Source: Actinomycetota bacterium
Lineage (GTDB): Bacteria; Actinomycetota; Aquicultoria; Aquicultorales; JAMCWL01
DNA: 60,078 nt
Assembly: GCA_023481285.1 (NCBI GenBank)
Contig: JAMCWL010000071.1
Location: 1-60,078, forward strand
Direction of reading: 5' to 3'
The notes beneath the pieces are model-generated. The model had not been told where the DNA came from. It saw nothing but the letters and a program-made list of their open reading frames with translations, and searched no databases. Below are positions 17,104 through 26,899 of this stretch, one piece after another. Every line of letters begins with the position of its first letter. Within the stretch, counting starts at the first letter, position 1. The translations under genes were made by a program, and so were the position numbers.

Positions 17104-17797
17104 GGCTAAAGTTATGATGCCATAACTCTCCAACCAGAAGTCCGCTAAGCGCGACGGATAACGCGAGCAAAATCATGAGGACGTATCCTGGCAGAAGAGG
17201 TTGAAGAGCCCCGCCTCCCACCTTCATCGCAAAATCGAAGGGAGAAAAGGTCCGGTAGATATAGAAGAGCATATCACCGGCCGCCCGGTCATCGTTGACA
17301 TAGAGAGATCCTTCGCGATACCTGTCCTTCTTCGTGCTCCAGATGAAAACGCCGTTCTTTTGTCCATCGGATTCCACGGCCACCTTTAGGACGTAAGACT
17401 TTCCAACCTTGACCTTTATTGGAGAAAAGCGTAGGACCTCCACTGCGTTTCTTTGAAGGCCGTCGAAGTTCGCCTCAACCGTAACGAGGGGGCGCTCCCG
17501 CCAGGCCGAGGGGGGCTTGGGCAGTTCTTTTTCCTCGACATCGACGACCGATACGAAAGCGCGGCCGCCCGAGGGCAGGTGAGCCTTGTCGAAGACCACT
17601 CCGACCCCGCTCATCCGATCGGCGGTGGCCTTAAAGGTCTGGCGAACAACATGACGAGGGGAGACCGGTCCGAAGGGGTACTGATCCGTGCCCTTGCGAA
17701 TATTGATCTCGCTAACAGCGAGCGGCCTAAGTAGAATAGCCAGACTAAGAAGGATAAGCGCACCGGCCGACCATATCAGACGCTTGAACATCGCCAT
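17036..17797 (-). CDS. Hypothetical membrane protein (N- and C-terminal TM, beta-rich middle), paralog of 19245-19961
   Basis: Shares QxFKA, Y.EGSL and GDxLxF.IY...S.FD with 19245-19961; 3' end overlaps rpsT convergently by 68 nt. Confidence 0.7.
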   Translation of the reverse strand: MAMFKRLIWSAGALILLSLAILLRPLAVSEINIRKGTDQYPFGPVSPRHVVRQTFKATADRMSGVGVVFDKAHLPSGGRAFVSVVDVEEKELPKPPSAWRERPLVTVEANFDGLQRNAVEVLRFSPIKVKVGKSYVLKVAVESDGQKNGVFIWSTKKDRYREGSLYVNDDRAAGDMLFYIYRTFSPFDFAMKVGGGALQPLLPGYVLMILLALSVALSGLLVGELWHHNFSLRPSGRTASSGSTSCSPRCFCE

Positions 17798-17809
17798 CCC
17801 TTCATCTTC

Positions 17810-19015
17810 TTAGTAGTAGAGCGGTAGCAAGGTATACAAGAGCGCATCAAGATTGGCCACTGCAAGAGTGGCAATCAAAATGGCGGCCGCCTGGAAGTGC
17901 CATCTCTTGGGGACCAGCTCGGCGAGCCCCAGTGAGATCAAGAGAACGTGTGGAATGAGAGAGACGAAGAGGTAGCGTCCCTGGCCACCCCCGATATTCC
18001 CCTCGTAAGTCATTACTCCAAAAAAGGAGGAAAATGCGAATACCAAGAGCATCAGCATCTGAACGGCTCTTGGGTTCTTCAGTTGTTTCTGAAGGCCGTT
18101 CAGTAAGCCATCCATTGCCAAACCTTCCAGCGTTCGGCGAACCACCAAGATGAGGCCGGCCAACGCCAAGAGAGAGATCAACCCGGAAAACCAGTAGTAG
18201 CTTGTCGCCATGGCCACCTCGTTCGATTGCCCAAGATAACCCCAGAACTGGCGGAAGAGCTCGATGACAAAGGACCAGAACGGTCTTCTTATCTGAAAAG
18301 CCCCGAATGGGCTGAGGATCGCACTAGCCGGAATAACGCCCGCGAATATCCCGGTTTTCTTAAAGGCGAAACCCGGGACCGCCGCCGTCGCCAGACCAAG
18401 CGCCGTCGCCGTAGGGATGGCGACCCAGAGCCACTTGGGCCCGCCACCGGATGATGATTTTCGATGCCTTATCAAGCCGTAAAGCGTGGCCAACGCCAGG
18501 GGGATGAGCGCAATGAGGAACCTCTGCTTCGTGAAGATTCCGGCGCCCGCCGTAAGAAGTAAGGCGACGGTAAGCTTTGGCTTAAGTCCTTCTCTGATAA
18601 TGCGTATGGCTATATAAAATGCGAGCGTCGAGAAAGCGATGAGCATGGCGTCACTGTTAACCGACGCGCTTATGTAGGTGAATTGAGGGTTGAAGGTGAC
18701 GATCGCGGGGGCCAACACCTGGATCAAGCCGCGATCCGGGAATAGCTCCCGTGCGACCAGGAAAGCGAGCCAGACGGCGGCGACCGCGAAAAGGACGCTT
18801 ACAAGCCTTGCGGATAGAAAACGTGCGCCTTCGCCGGGCGAGAGTTTATACGGCAGGTAGGCGGCGACCGCGTATAGAAGCGGGTGACCGCTGACGCTTG
18901 TGAAGTGACCCTTCTCGGCTAACATCGAGATCTCGAGGAAGTAAGGCGGCTCGTCGGGACCTTCCCAGGCTGGTATCGCCGAGGCGAAAAGGACGCCCTT
19001 TGCCAAGACGATCAT
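17810..19015 (-). CDS. GT-C fold membrane glycosyltransferase (ArnT/PMT_2/DUF2142-like)
   Basis: PAWEGPDEP, GHPLLY, VNSDAM and QGRYL motifs; multi-TM. Confidence 0.78.
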   Translation of the reverse strand: MIVLAKGVLFASAIPAWEGPDEPPYFLEISMLAEKGHFTSVSGHPLLYAVAAYLPYKLSPGEGARFLSARLVSVLFAVAAVWLAFLVARELFPDRGLIQVLAPAIVTFNPQFTYISASVNSDAMLIAFSTLAFYIAIRIIREGLKPKLTVALLLTAGAGIFTKQRFLIALIPLALATLYGLIRHRKSSSGGGPKWLWVAIPTATALGLATAAVPGFAFKKTGIFAGVIPASAILSPFGAFQIRRPFWSFVIELFRQFWGYLGQSNEVAMATSYYWFSGLISLLALAGLILVVRRTLEGLAMDGLLNGLQKQLKNPRAVQMLMLLVFAFSSFFGVMTYEGNIGGGQGRYLFVSLIPHVLLISLGLAELVPKRWHFQAAAILIATLAVANLDALLYTLLPLYY

Positions 19016-19244
19016 TAATATAACTAGGGTTGTTCTCTTCGCAAATCGGTGATCTATTTTACAATCCCTTTAACCGTCAGCGGCTGCTAGTATTGTATGA
19101 TAATTTTATCATGATTTTATCATGAGCGATGGTTGGTCTGCCATAAGTTTAAGAGGCATAGGCCCATCCTCCATGGCCCAGCAGATTCTACAACCGGTCT
19201 CTTTGTCTCTTGGTCCCTTGCAAGTAGACCGCGTTGCGTCTCCG

Positions 19245-19961
19245 CTAATGCCGACCGGCTCTCCGACTCGGCCTCCTCCTTCTCGCCACCGCCGGCTCCG
19301 GAACCAACAGCGTGCCGACTAGAAGACCACCGGCAAAAAGAAATGCGACGAGAAGAGCGATGATCCCGGAAGCGCTTAAAATCGGCTGCACGCCGCCCGA
19401 GTCAATCAAGCGATAGAGATCAAAAGCGGATGGCATACCATAGATCCTGAAAGAGAGCGTGTCACCTGATCTGACATCGCCCTGGAAGAGACTCCCTTCC
19501 GGATAAACGGACCGGTGTTCGGCAAAGAGGGTGAATTGCTCCTTTTTACCGACGTCGCTCTCGATGGCCAGGGTGTAGGTCTTCTGTGGATCGAGCTCGA
19601 TAGGGCGAAAGCTAAAAACCCAATGCCCCCTCCTTGGAAGGCGCGAAATATCGACCGAATCTTCAGCGAGCAATCTTTGGCGCCAATTTCCCGGAGAACC
19701 CCCGCTTGGCACCTCTGATATCGAGCATCTTACCCGGCCGCGCCGATTTCGTTCCCCGAGGTTGAAATCGACGCCGGCCCCCGAAATCCAGCCGGACGCC
19801 TTAAATATCTGAGTGAATCCGTGCCCACGGTATGTTGGCTGTGTCGTCCCGCTAAACCTCGGCTGTACCACCACCGCCGGAGTTGGTGGGTCGAGAATCG
19901 TAACCGATATGCCGATCAGCGTTATCGATATTGCTATCAATACTCGTTTCAGATTCATCAT
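19245..19961 (-). CDS. Hypothetical membrane protein, partner of the GT-C gene
   Basis: Two terminal hydrophobic segments; paralog of 17036-17797. Confidence 0.7.
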   Translation of the reverse strand: MMNLKRVLIAISITLIGISVTILDPPTPAVVVQPRFSGTTQPTYRGHGFTQIFKASGWISGAGVDFNLGERNRRGRVRCSISEVPSGGSPGNWRQRLLAEDSVDISRLPRRGHWVFSFRPIELDPQKTYTLAIESDVGKKEQFTLFAEHRSVYPEGSLFQGDVRSGDTLSFRIYGMPSAFDLYRLIDSGGVQPILSASGIIALLVAFLFAGGLLVGTLLVPEPAVARRRRPSRRAGRH

Positions 19962-19974
19962 GCCTCTTTGGGGG

Positions 19975-21237
19975 TTAGTAGTAGTACGGTATCACCCGAA
20001 AGACGATCTCCGAAAAATTAACGGCCAAAAGCGATAGGATGATAACCGCAAGAGCGGGGCGCCAGTAGCGACCGGGAACCAGCTCGGACAGGCCCCTCCC
20101 GAGGATCAGGGCGATGGGGCCGATCGCTATGAAAAGGTAACGCCCCTGAGCGCCGCCCCCCATCTGTATGTAGTACTGCGCTACCGCGTACACTGCCAGG
20201 CTTAAAGCCGCCAAGAAGGTTATCCACGCAACCGCTCTCCACCCGGTGAGCGCCTTGATAAGACCCAGACGAGCGGCGCGCCTCAACCCGGCCAAGAGAA
20301 TTCCGATCGCAGCCAATCCCGTAAGAAAGAGAAAGTAGATGTATGTCCCATTGCGCATGGGAAGCGACAGCCAATCGAAGTAGCCCCAGAACTCAAAGAA
20401 GAGCTTGGGCAGAAACCCAGGGAGCGTCAGGATGGACCAGACTTTCTCAAGCGAAGTGAGCACTTCTAATTTCGGGAATCCCGTCGGGGCGAGGCTGGTG
20501 ACGAGGAAGACAAGTATGAGAGCGGCGAGCAAAACCAACCCCCCTACAGCGCTCCACATGCCGATCCCCTTCTTCATCATAGCTTTCCCTTCTTGCCTAG
20601 AGCGGCGGTAAACCGAAACGGCGATCACCGGAAGGTAAAGCGGCAAGATTACGAAGAAGCGCTGTTTTGACAGGACTCCAAGTAGAGCGACGCTGGCGAG
20701 CGCTGAACCCTGGCGGAGATTCATCGACGATTTCATCACCTTTATACCCAGGTAGAAGAAGAGGGTTGAGAAAAGGATCAGCAAGGCATCGCTGTTTATC
20801 GATGCCCCGATGAAATTAAATTGAGGATTGAAAGCGACAAGCGCCGGCGGAATCAGTATGGCGAGCCGCCGTTCTTGGAAGAGTATGAACGCCGCTTTGT
20901 AAGTAAACCAGACGGTGAGTGAGTTGAAAAGGACTCCGGCAAACCGAACGAGAAATATCTTCTTGAGGAGTGAGCCTCCCAGAAGATAAGGGATCGATGC
21001 CAGCACCGGGTAGAGAGGCGGGTGCCCGGTCAGGCTCTTGAACTCACCCTTTCCGGCAAGGGATTCGATCTCTTTAAAGTACTGTGGTTCGTCGGGAGCC
21101 CGCCAAGCTGGGGTTACGGCCGCGAAAACAGCCCCCTCGATCAGACCGACCAGGATCATGAGTATGACCAGATAGCGCTCGCGTTTTAAGCTTTGCGCAT
21201 CGAGGCGTCTATCATGGAGTCTATCGATCCGGGTCAC
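19975..21237 (-). CDS. GT-C fold membrane glycosyltransferase (ArnT/PMT_2/DUF2142-like)
   Basis: PAWRAPDEP, GHPPLY, INSDAL and QGRYL motifs; paralog of 17810-19015. Confidence 0.78.
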   Translation of the reverse strand: MTRIDRLHDRRLDAQSLKRERYLVILMILVGLIEGAVFAAVTPAWRAPDEPQYFKEIESLAGKGEFKSLTGHPPLYPVLASIPYLLGGSLLKKIFLVRFAGVLFNSLTVWFTYKAAFILFQERRLAILIPPALVAFNPQFNFIGASINSDALLILFSTLFFYLGIKVMKSSMNLRQGSALASVALLGVLSKQRFFVILPLYLPVIAVSVYRRSRQEGKAMMKKGIGMWSAVGGLVLLAALILVFLVTSLAPTGFPKLEVLTSLEKVWSILTLPGFLPKLFFEFWGYFDWLSLPMRNGTYIYFLFLTGLAAIGILLAGLRRAARLGLIKALTGWRAVAWITFLAALSLAVYAVAQYYIQMGGGAQGRYLFIAIGPIALILGRGLSELVPGRYWRPALAVIILSLLAVNFSEIVFRVIPYYY

Positions 21238-21442
21238 GTCCCTGATTATACAAGAGTAAAGGATTCGGTTGCATAAGCAATTATCAATTAGCAGCTATCA
21301 GCTATGAGCTATGAGCCCTAAGCTTTGGGCTAAAACCCAACGTTTGGAAGCGCCCGGTTAAAGACCGACCGACGACCGCCGTAAAGGCTGTAGGCCGGAG
21401 GCTGAAGCAACCTCACGCCGGCACCTCGTACACGGCGGTCGG

Positions 21443-22528
21443 TTAGAGCGAGGTGAGAGAGACGACGAGCATTTCGAGCACGCCATCCGGAGGTTGACCG
21501 GTCGATTTTAGAGCAAGATCGGCCTTTGAAAAGAGATAGGTCGCCCGCTTAAGCTCATCAATCGCAAAATTTTGGCTCTGCTGGCGGTACTTATTAAAGA
21601 GGAAGCTTTTCGTCTTGTCCGTTCCCTTGATTGACAGCTTCTGAATAATTTGATGGCCGTCGGCTCCATCTTCGAGCAGGGCTTTAGCCCTCAACAATGC
21701 ACGAAAATGGTTCGCCAAAAGGTAGAGTATCAACCTGGCGTGCTCTTCCTTGCTTACCACCCGAAAACCGGCCTCGCCCGTCCGCCGCCAACCTGGACGC
21801 CCCTCGACGGCTGAAGCGCTCTTGGGCCTCGGCTTGCGCTCAAAACTGACCTGGGTAAGCTGTTCAAGCGCTCGCAAAGCGCCAAGAACATCGCGTCTCC
21901 CTATCCGGTCGGTGAGCTCGAATATCCTGGTCTCGTCCGCGTGGCTGACGACGTGCCGGGCTTCTTCAAGGCTGATCACCTTCTCCCCCTGGCAGTAGAG
22001 GCTGATCTTCTCTATCTCATTTCCCAGCCTGTTGAGGTCCTCGCCCACCGCCGAAATGAGGTATTTAACCAGAGCGTCGCTCGCCACCTGACCCCTTTTA
22101 TGAAAGCCCTTCTTGATCATGGCGGGTATCTTGCCTCGTTCGAGGTTTCGGATGATAACCTCGCCGACCGCCGAAACCCCCTTATAAAGAGCGCTCTTAT
22201 CGCTTACCCCCTCCCCCACCAGAACCAGACAGGTCGTCGGGAAAGGATTCTTCAAATAGTCGAGGAGGTGAACTGTCTCCCCCTTGGAAAGCTTGTCAAC
22301 GTCCTTGACGACGATGAGTCGCCAGTCAGACATGAAAGGTGGAGTATCCGCCTTGGAGATTATCTCCAGACCTGTTACCTGGAGAGCGTCAAGTTGATCG
22401 TAGTTGAAGTCGAGCGTGGCGCGACCCATCCGCCTCTTGATCTTCTCGATCTCCAGATTAATAAGGGCGGGCTGATCACTCACGATTAGATAGACGGGCT
22501 GCACTTGCCCATCGACCGGCCTTGTCAT
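21443..22528 (-). CDS. holA: DNA polymerase III subunit delta
   Basis: VYLI, TPPFMSDWRLIVV, NEIEK, IFELTD and ADLALKS motifs; conserved comEC-holA-rpsT context. Confidence 0.88.
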   Translation of the reverse strand: MTRPVDGQVQPVYLIVSDQPALINLEIEKIKRRMGRATLDFNYDQLDALQVTGLEIISKADTPPFMSDWRLIVVKDVDKLSKGETVHLLDYLKNPFPTTCLVLVGEGVSDKSALYKGVSAVGEVIIRNLERGKIPAMIKKGFHKRGQVASDALVKYLISAVGEDLNRLGNEIEKISLYCQGEKVISLEEARHVVSHADETRIFELTDRIGRRDVLGALRALEQLTQVSFERKPRPKSASAVEGRPGWRRTGEAGFRVVSKEEHARLILYLLANHFRALLRAKALLEDGADGHQIIQKLSIKGTDKTKSFLFNKYRQQSQNFAIDELKRATYLFSKADLALKSTGQPPDGVLEMLVVSLTSL

Positions 22529-24834
22529 CGCTCCGTCGCCACTTCCATTGTTTTACCGTCGGTGACAATTCTAACACTTCCATCCCGGTCGGTGCGAAAG
22601 ATCGACGAGCCGGTAGATTTAAGACGGCCAATCGCCGTCGAAGAGGGCAGGCCATAACGGTTTTTCGCCCCAACCGAGATGACGGCGATCTTCGGAGAGA
22701 CCGCCTTGAGAAAGTCGGGGTCAGCGGCGGTCGCTCCTCCGTGATGCGCCACTTTTAAGACGGACGAACGCAAGTTCCAGTGAGACAGCAGGCTTCTTTC
22801 CGCCTCCTCTTCGGCGTCCCCGGGCAGAAGGAGCGAGAAATCGCCAACTGAGAGCTTTAGAATGGTCGAGCTGTCGTTCTCCTTTTCTCCCAACGGACCG
22901 GAAGATAGGACTTCGAGGGAGAGAGAGCCCAGATGGTAGACCCTCCCCGGTTTACTCTCTTCGACCGCCACCCCGCGGGAGCGTGCGACTTTCGTTAGTT
23001 CGGTGAGCTCCGCCGCCGGACGCCTGGAGACCGGCATGATGAAACGACCGACACCGGTGGTTTTAAGAACCACGGGAAAGCCCCCACGGTGGTCCGCGTG
23101 CGGGTGGGTGAGAATCGCGAGATCGATCCGGCGGATTCCTTTGGCCGCTAGATGGCGAGAGAGGAGAGCGCCGTCCGGTCCCGCATCAACCAGAGCGGTC
23201 GCCCCTCCGGGGTCCCTGATAAGGGTGGCGTCCCCCTGGCCGACGTCGAGAAATAATATCTCGACCCCCGATGGTGGGGGCGTTAGAAAAGCCTGCCAAA
23301 CGACCACCGCCACCGCCGGTACCAGGAGGAGCGCCAGGAGATGGGCAAAGGAGAGGCGCCCCCTCCACCTGGCAAGGATGGTCGCTCCAATAATGAGCGC
23401 TAAATAATAGAAGAGAATGGCGGCCGCCCCCGGAGACGGCATTGGTATCGAGGAGGCCGGGAGGGAGGCAAAGAACCTCGCACCCGCCGTCATCAGACGG
23501 ATGAAGAGCCCGGCGACGCGGTAGATGGGTGAAGCCAGTGACGGCGATACGTAGCCGGCGACAACGGCGACCACGCCGAGAACGGTTGGCGGGGCGCTGA
23601 TGGGGACGACCACCAGGTTGGCTGGAAGAGTGACGATTGAGAGCTGGCCGAAATAGGCGGCGATCACGGGAGCCACGCCAAGTTGAGCGGCGAGAGAGGT
23701 TGAAGCGGCGGCGGCAAGCCGCCTTGGCATGGAGGCGAACTTCTCAGCTATGATCGGCGAGAGCTTGACGAGGGCCAGAGTGGCGGCGAAAGAAAGCTGG
23801 AAACCGACGTCGAAGATGAAAAAGGGGTGGATCGCGAGAAGAACGAATCCCGCCAGGGAAACCGCCGCCGTGGCGTCCCTATTTCTTCCCGTGAGCCAGG
23901 CCAAAATGATGACTTCGGCCATGATCGAAGCGCGTAAAACGGAGGGCGTCCCCTCCGCCATTACGGCGTAGAACCAGATAGCGGCCGAGAGCAGGACGAA
24001 TTGGAGTATGGAAGAAGCCCGCGCCAGCTTCAGGAGGGGCCAGAAGGCTGCGACCAGGAACATGACGTTAAGCCCGCTGACCGCCAGCACGTGAGATAGC
24101 CCAGTGACGCGAAAGCTCTCTTTGGTTTCGTCGTCGATCCCCCTGGTATCTCCCAGGATGAGGCCGACGAGGAGCCCGGCCGTATTCGGTTCAAGATTGC
24201 GGGCGGCGCCTCGCTTAAGCTCATTTCGGGTCCTGTTGACGATGGTGTTGAGCCGGCCGGTATCCTCTTCTAAGCGCTCGATTCGTCCGGGTGAGACCGT
24301 CAGTTGGGCCGAGATGCCCTTGTGGTAGAAGTACTCGCGCCAGCCGACGTCGCGCCCGCCAGGAATGGACGGGCGGCCGTAGACCGCGAGCCTGCTCCCG
24401 GTTTCAGCCACGAGGCCGGGCGGCGAGCACACGACCCTAGCCGTTTCCGAAGTCGTGAAGGCCTCCCCGCCAACACTCACCTTTTCTACCGCCAGCTCGA
24501 TAACGGTGCCCCGCTCGGATGCAGTCGGCTCGCGGACGACTGAGCCCTCTATAACCGCCTCCCGCCCGGCAAGGGCGGCGCGGCGGAGCGGCCCGGATTC
24601 GATCCCGGCGATAAGGAGAGAGGTCAACAAGAGCCCGGTCAGGAAGAAAAGAGCGTACGGTAGCCCCGCCCCTCCCCTCCAAGGACGGCGCGAGTTCAGG
24701 AGTGATCCAACAGCCGCCATGATGAGCGGAATGATGAGGAGCGCAGGCTGGAGATGCAGCCTATCTTCAATCAACACACCGGCGGCAAAGAGCAGCGCGA
24801 AGAAGAAGATGGGCGGGAAGCGGAGGGCTTTCAC
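22525..24834 (-). CDS. comEC: DNA uptake channel ComEC/Rec2
   Basis: GLSHVLAVSGLNV, GFQLSF, FLDVGQGD and THPHADH (metallo-beta-lactamase) motifs. Confidence 0.95.
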   Translation of the reverse strand: MKALRFPPIFFFALLFAAGVLIEDRLHLQPALLIIPLIMAAVGSLLNSRRPWRGGAGLPYALFFLTGLLLTSLLIAGIESGPLRRAALAGREAVIEGSVVREPTASERGTVIELAVEKVSVGGEAFTTSETARVVCSPPGLVAETGSRLAVYGRPSIPGGRDVGWREYFYHKGISAQLTVSPGRIERLEEDTGRLNTIVNRTRNELKRGAARNLEPNTAGLLVGLILGDTRGIDDETKESFRVTGLSHVLAVSGLNVMFLVAAFWPLLKLARASSILQFVLLSAAIWFYAVMAEGTPSVLRASIMAEVIILAWLTGRNRDATAAVSLAGFVLLAIHPFFIFDVGFQLSFAATLALVKLSPIIAEKFASMPRRLAAAASTSLAAQLGVAPVIAAYFGQLSIVTLPANLVVVPISAPPTVLGVVAVVAGYVSPSLASPIYRVAGLFIRLMTAGARFFASLPASSIPMPSPGAAAILFYYLALIIGATILARWRGRLSFAHLLALLLVPAVAVVVWQAFLTPPPSGVEILFLDVGQGDATLIRDPGGATALVDAGPDGALLSRHLAAKGIRRIDLAILTHPHADHRGGFPVVLKTTGVGRFIMPVSRRPAAELTELTKVARSRGVAVEESKPGRVYHLGSLSLEVLSSGPLGEKENDSSTILKLSVGDFSLLLPGDAEEEAERSLLSHWNLRSSVLKVAHHGGATAADPDFLKAVSPKIAVISVGAKNRYGLPSSTAIGRLKSTGSSIFRTDRDGSVRIVTDGKTMEVATER

Positions 24835-25469
24835 TCCACCCTTACCTGATCTTTAAGATTTTCGAACTTGCGTGCGCCTATCCCTTCAACCCGCTGAAGC
24901 TCCTCGACCCTCCTGAAGCCACCATGGGCCGTGCGGTAGTTGACGATCCTCTTCGCGAGTACCTCGCCGACGCCGGGGAGCTTATCGAGCTCCTCAATAG
25001 TGGCCGTATTGAGATCCAAGGGCAACCTAGCGGCCGCACCACCCGAGCCACCAGCCTGGACCGCCGGGGCCGACTCGCCCTTCTTGGGAAGGTAGACGCG
25101 TTGCCCATCCATCAGCTTTGACGCCAGGTTCACCGAGTTCAGGTCCGCCTCGGGCAACGGCTGGCCGGCCGCCGTGAAAGCGTCATTCACTCGCGACCCT
25201 TTAGGGAGCTCATAAATCCCCGGACGGGCCACCGACCCGCTCACGTGAACGACCACCTTTTCGACAACTCTTGCTTTTGTCTCCTCCCTCTTGGGAGCGG
25301 CGTTCAGAACCATCACTCTGGCGGGGCGGCTGCGGGAATAGAGCAGCAAAATCCCGGCTACTAGGATGATGACAAGCGCCGTAATCGAGATCAACTGGGC
25401 CCTGGTGAGTCCCAAACCCCAATCCTCTATTCGATCTCTAATCGCGAAGCGCAAGCTTTCGATATCCAT
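24831..25469 (-). CDS. comEA: Competence DNA receptor ComEA
   Basis: SLBB domain VHVSGSVARPG and HhH motif LNTATIEELDKLPGVG. Confidence 0.95.
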   Translation of the reverse strand: MDIESLRFAIRDRIEDWGLGLTRAQLISITALVIILVAGILLLYSRSRPARVMVLNAAPKREETKARVVEKVVVHVSGSVARPGIYELPKGSRVNDAFTAAGQPLPEADLNSVNLASKLMDGQRVYLPKKGESAPAVQAGGSGGAAARLPLDLNTATIEELDKLPGVGEVLAKRIVNYRTAHGGFRRVEELQRVEGIGARKFENLKDQVRVE

Positions 25470-25513
25470 AGTCTCTAGTCTCTGGTCTCTGGTCTCTGGT
25501 TTCTACTTTCTAG
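25470..25513. repeat. Heptamer tandem repeat (GTCTCTR)n directly upstream of comEA
   Basis: gtctcta gtctctg gtctctg gtctctg gtttcta ctttcta. Confidence 0.75.
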
Positions 25514-25655
25514 ACGGCCTCCTCAGAATGAAAGCGTATGAAGTGCCATCTGAGAAAGCCCTTATATATTAGAGAGGAAACCATGCCCCCTTAAGCGCTA
25601 TTATACAATTGTGCCGTTGGTACTTCAATCTAATTCCTCACGCCGCCTTTTCCGC

Positions 25656-25683
25656 TAACGTGAACCGAAACATCTGCCGATAA
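25656..25683 (+). promoter_or_regulatory. Possible sigma28-type promoter
   Basis: TAAC-N16-GCCGATAA upstream of 25707; the -10 box is a perfect match, the -35 box is not. Confidence 0.3.
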
Positions 25684-25706
25684 GTAAGCTAGCAATAAGA
25701 AGAAGT

Positions 25707-26222
25707 GTGGTTGGTATGCTTCTAAGTAAAGAGCAAGCGCTCGGCCTCTGGCAAAAATATTCGGGGACGATCCTTTCCCGCCCGGAGCGGCTGGCGTTCT
25801 ATGAGAACTGCAAGCCACTTTTGCACTTCGACGAGGATACCCTGCGGACGGCGCTTAATTTCTGTAAGAAAGAGGGCGATTTCAGCATAAAGCGGATCGC
25901 CCAACTTGCGACGGCCGTTAGGCGTGGCACCGTCCCCAAAATCTTGCGCCGGAGCGATAAGGACAAGCTCATCGAGAGAATAATTTTTGAGAGAACGCAG
26001 CTCGTCTCGCTATCCCACCTGGAGAGGCGATTCCGTGAGAAGACCGAAGGTTCGAAAATCGAGCTGGCCTACACGGACGTGGAGAGGGCCTGGCGTATCG
26101 CCGCCTTGACCCTTCTTGCCGAAGGCGATGAGCGTTTGATATCTGATCTTAACCCGCGAGAGAAAAAGGCTTCCCCTTTAGAGAGAATCTTCTCCCTAAA
26201 GATCTTCGACGGCGACCTATAA
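25707..26222 (+). CDS. Hypothetical protein
   Basis: 171-aa ORF with natural composition filling the gap; no recognised motif; ATG 25716 is an alternative start. Confidence 0.65.
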   Translation: MVGMLLSKEQALGLWQKYSGTILSRPERLAFYENCKPLLHFDEDTLRTALNFCKKEGDFSIKRIAQLATAVRRGTVPKILRRSDKDKLIERIIFERTQLVSLSHLERRFREKTEGSKIELAYTDVERAWRIAALTLLAEGDERLISDLNPREKKASPLERIFSLKIFDGDL

Positions 26223-26367
26223 GCTTCAGCGTTGTCCTTGAAGGCGCCGCAGGATCGAAACCCACGTGAAAAGCCGCTCTTCGTACTCCGTAGGCGATGG
26301 CCCATCCCACAAGGCCTATTGTGAATTATTTACTCATTCAATCCCCAAAAAGCGTCGGAAAAATCGC

Positions 26368-26396
26368 TTGACTATTAATGTTAGGAACCTTATTAT
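26368..26396 (+). promoter_or_regulatory. Sigma70-type promoter of the marR-arsM operon
   Basis: TTGACT-17 nt-TATTAT; the spacer contains a short AGG-AA-CCT dyad. Confidence 0.7.
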
Positions 26397-26425
26397 TAGG
26401 TTATAAATTAGTAGCCGAGGTGGGT

Positions 26426-26881
26426 ATGGCTAAAGAAGTTTGCTGTTCGTTCACGAAAGACCCAGTGGAATCGGGACCCGAAGTCTTTCAACTGATCGAT
26501 GTGGTGAACAAGAAATTAAAGCGACTTCAAAGGCGGGTGATCAGGGAGGCCGATCTTACGCCGCCCCAATACTCCATCCTCGCCATGCTGTGGGAAAAGG
26601 ACGGGCGACCTTTCAACGAGCTGGCCTCAGCCTGCTGTTGCTCGCGGGCGACGATCACCGGCATCATAGACACCATGGAGAAAAAGGGGTTGGTAAAACG
26701 CGAACCGAACCCGGGCGATAGGAGAAGTCTCCTGGTAAAGCTAACCGAGAAAGGCGAGGCGCTGCGGCGCTCTGCCCCCACACCGCAGAGTATTTTTGGG
26801 AACTGCTGTTCCGGCATCGAGCCCGAAGAGTTCGGGCAACTCGATCGGCTTCTCAGAAAACTGAATGACACTCTGGCCTAA
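26426..26881 (+). CDS. Cys-rich MarR family regulator
   Basis: LTPPQYSIL...RATITGIIDTMEKKGLV.R...DRR...V.LTEKG; contains CC, CCC and CC clusters; ATG after GAGGTG. Confidence 0.88.
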   Translation: MAKEVCCSFTKDPVESGPEVFQLIDVVNKKLKRLQRRVIREADLTPPQYSILAMLWEKDGRPFNELASACCCSRATITGIIDTMEKKGLVKREPNPGDRRSLLVKLTEKGEALRRSAPTPQSIFGNCCSGIEPEEFGQLDRLLRKLNDTLA

Positions 26882-26899
26882 TAAGGAGGAAGAGCTTCG

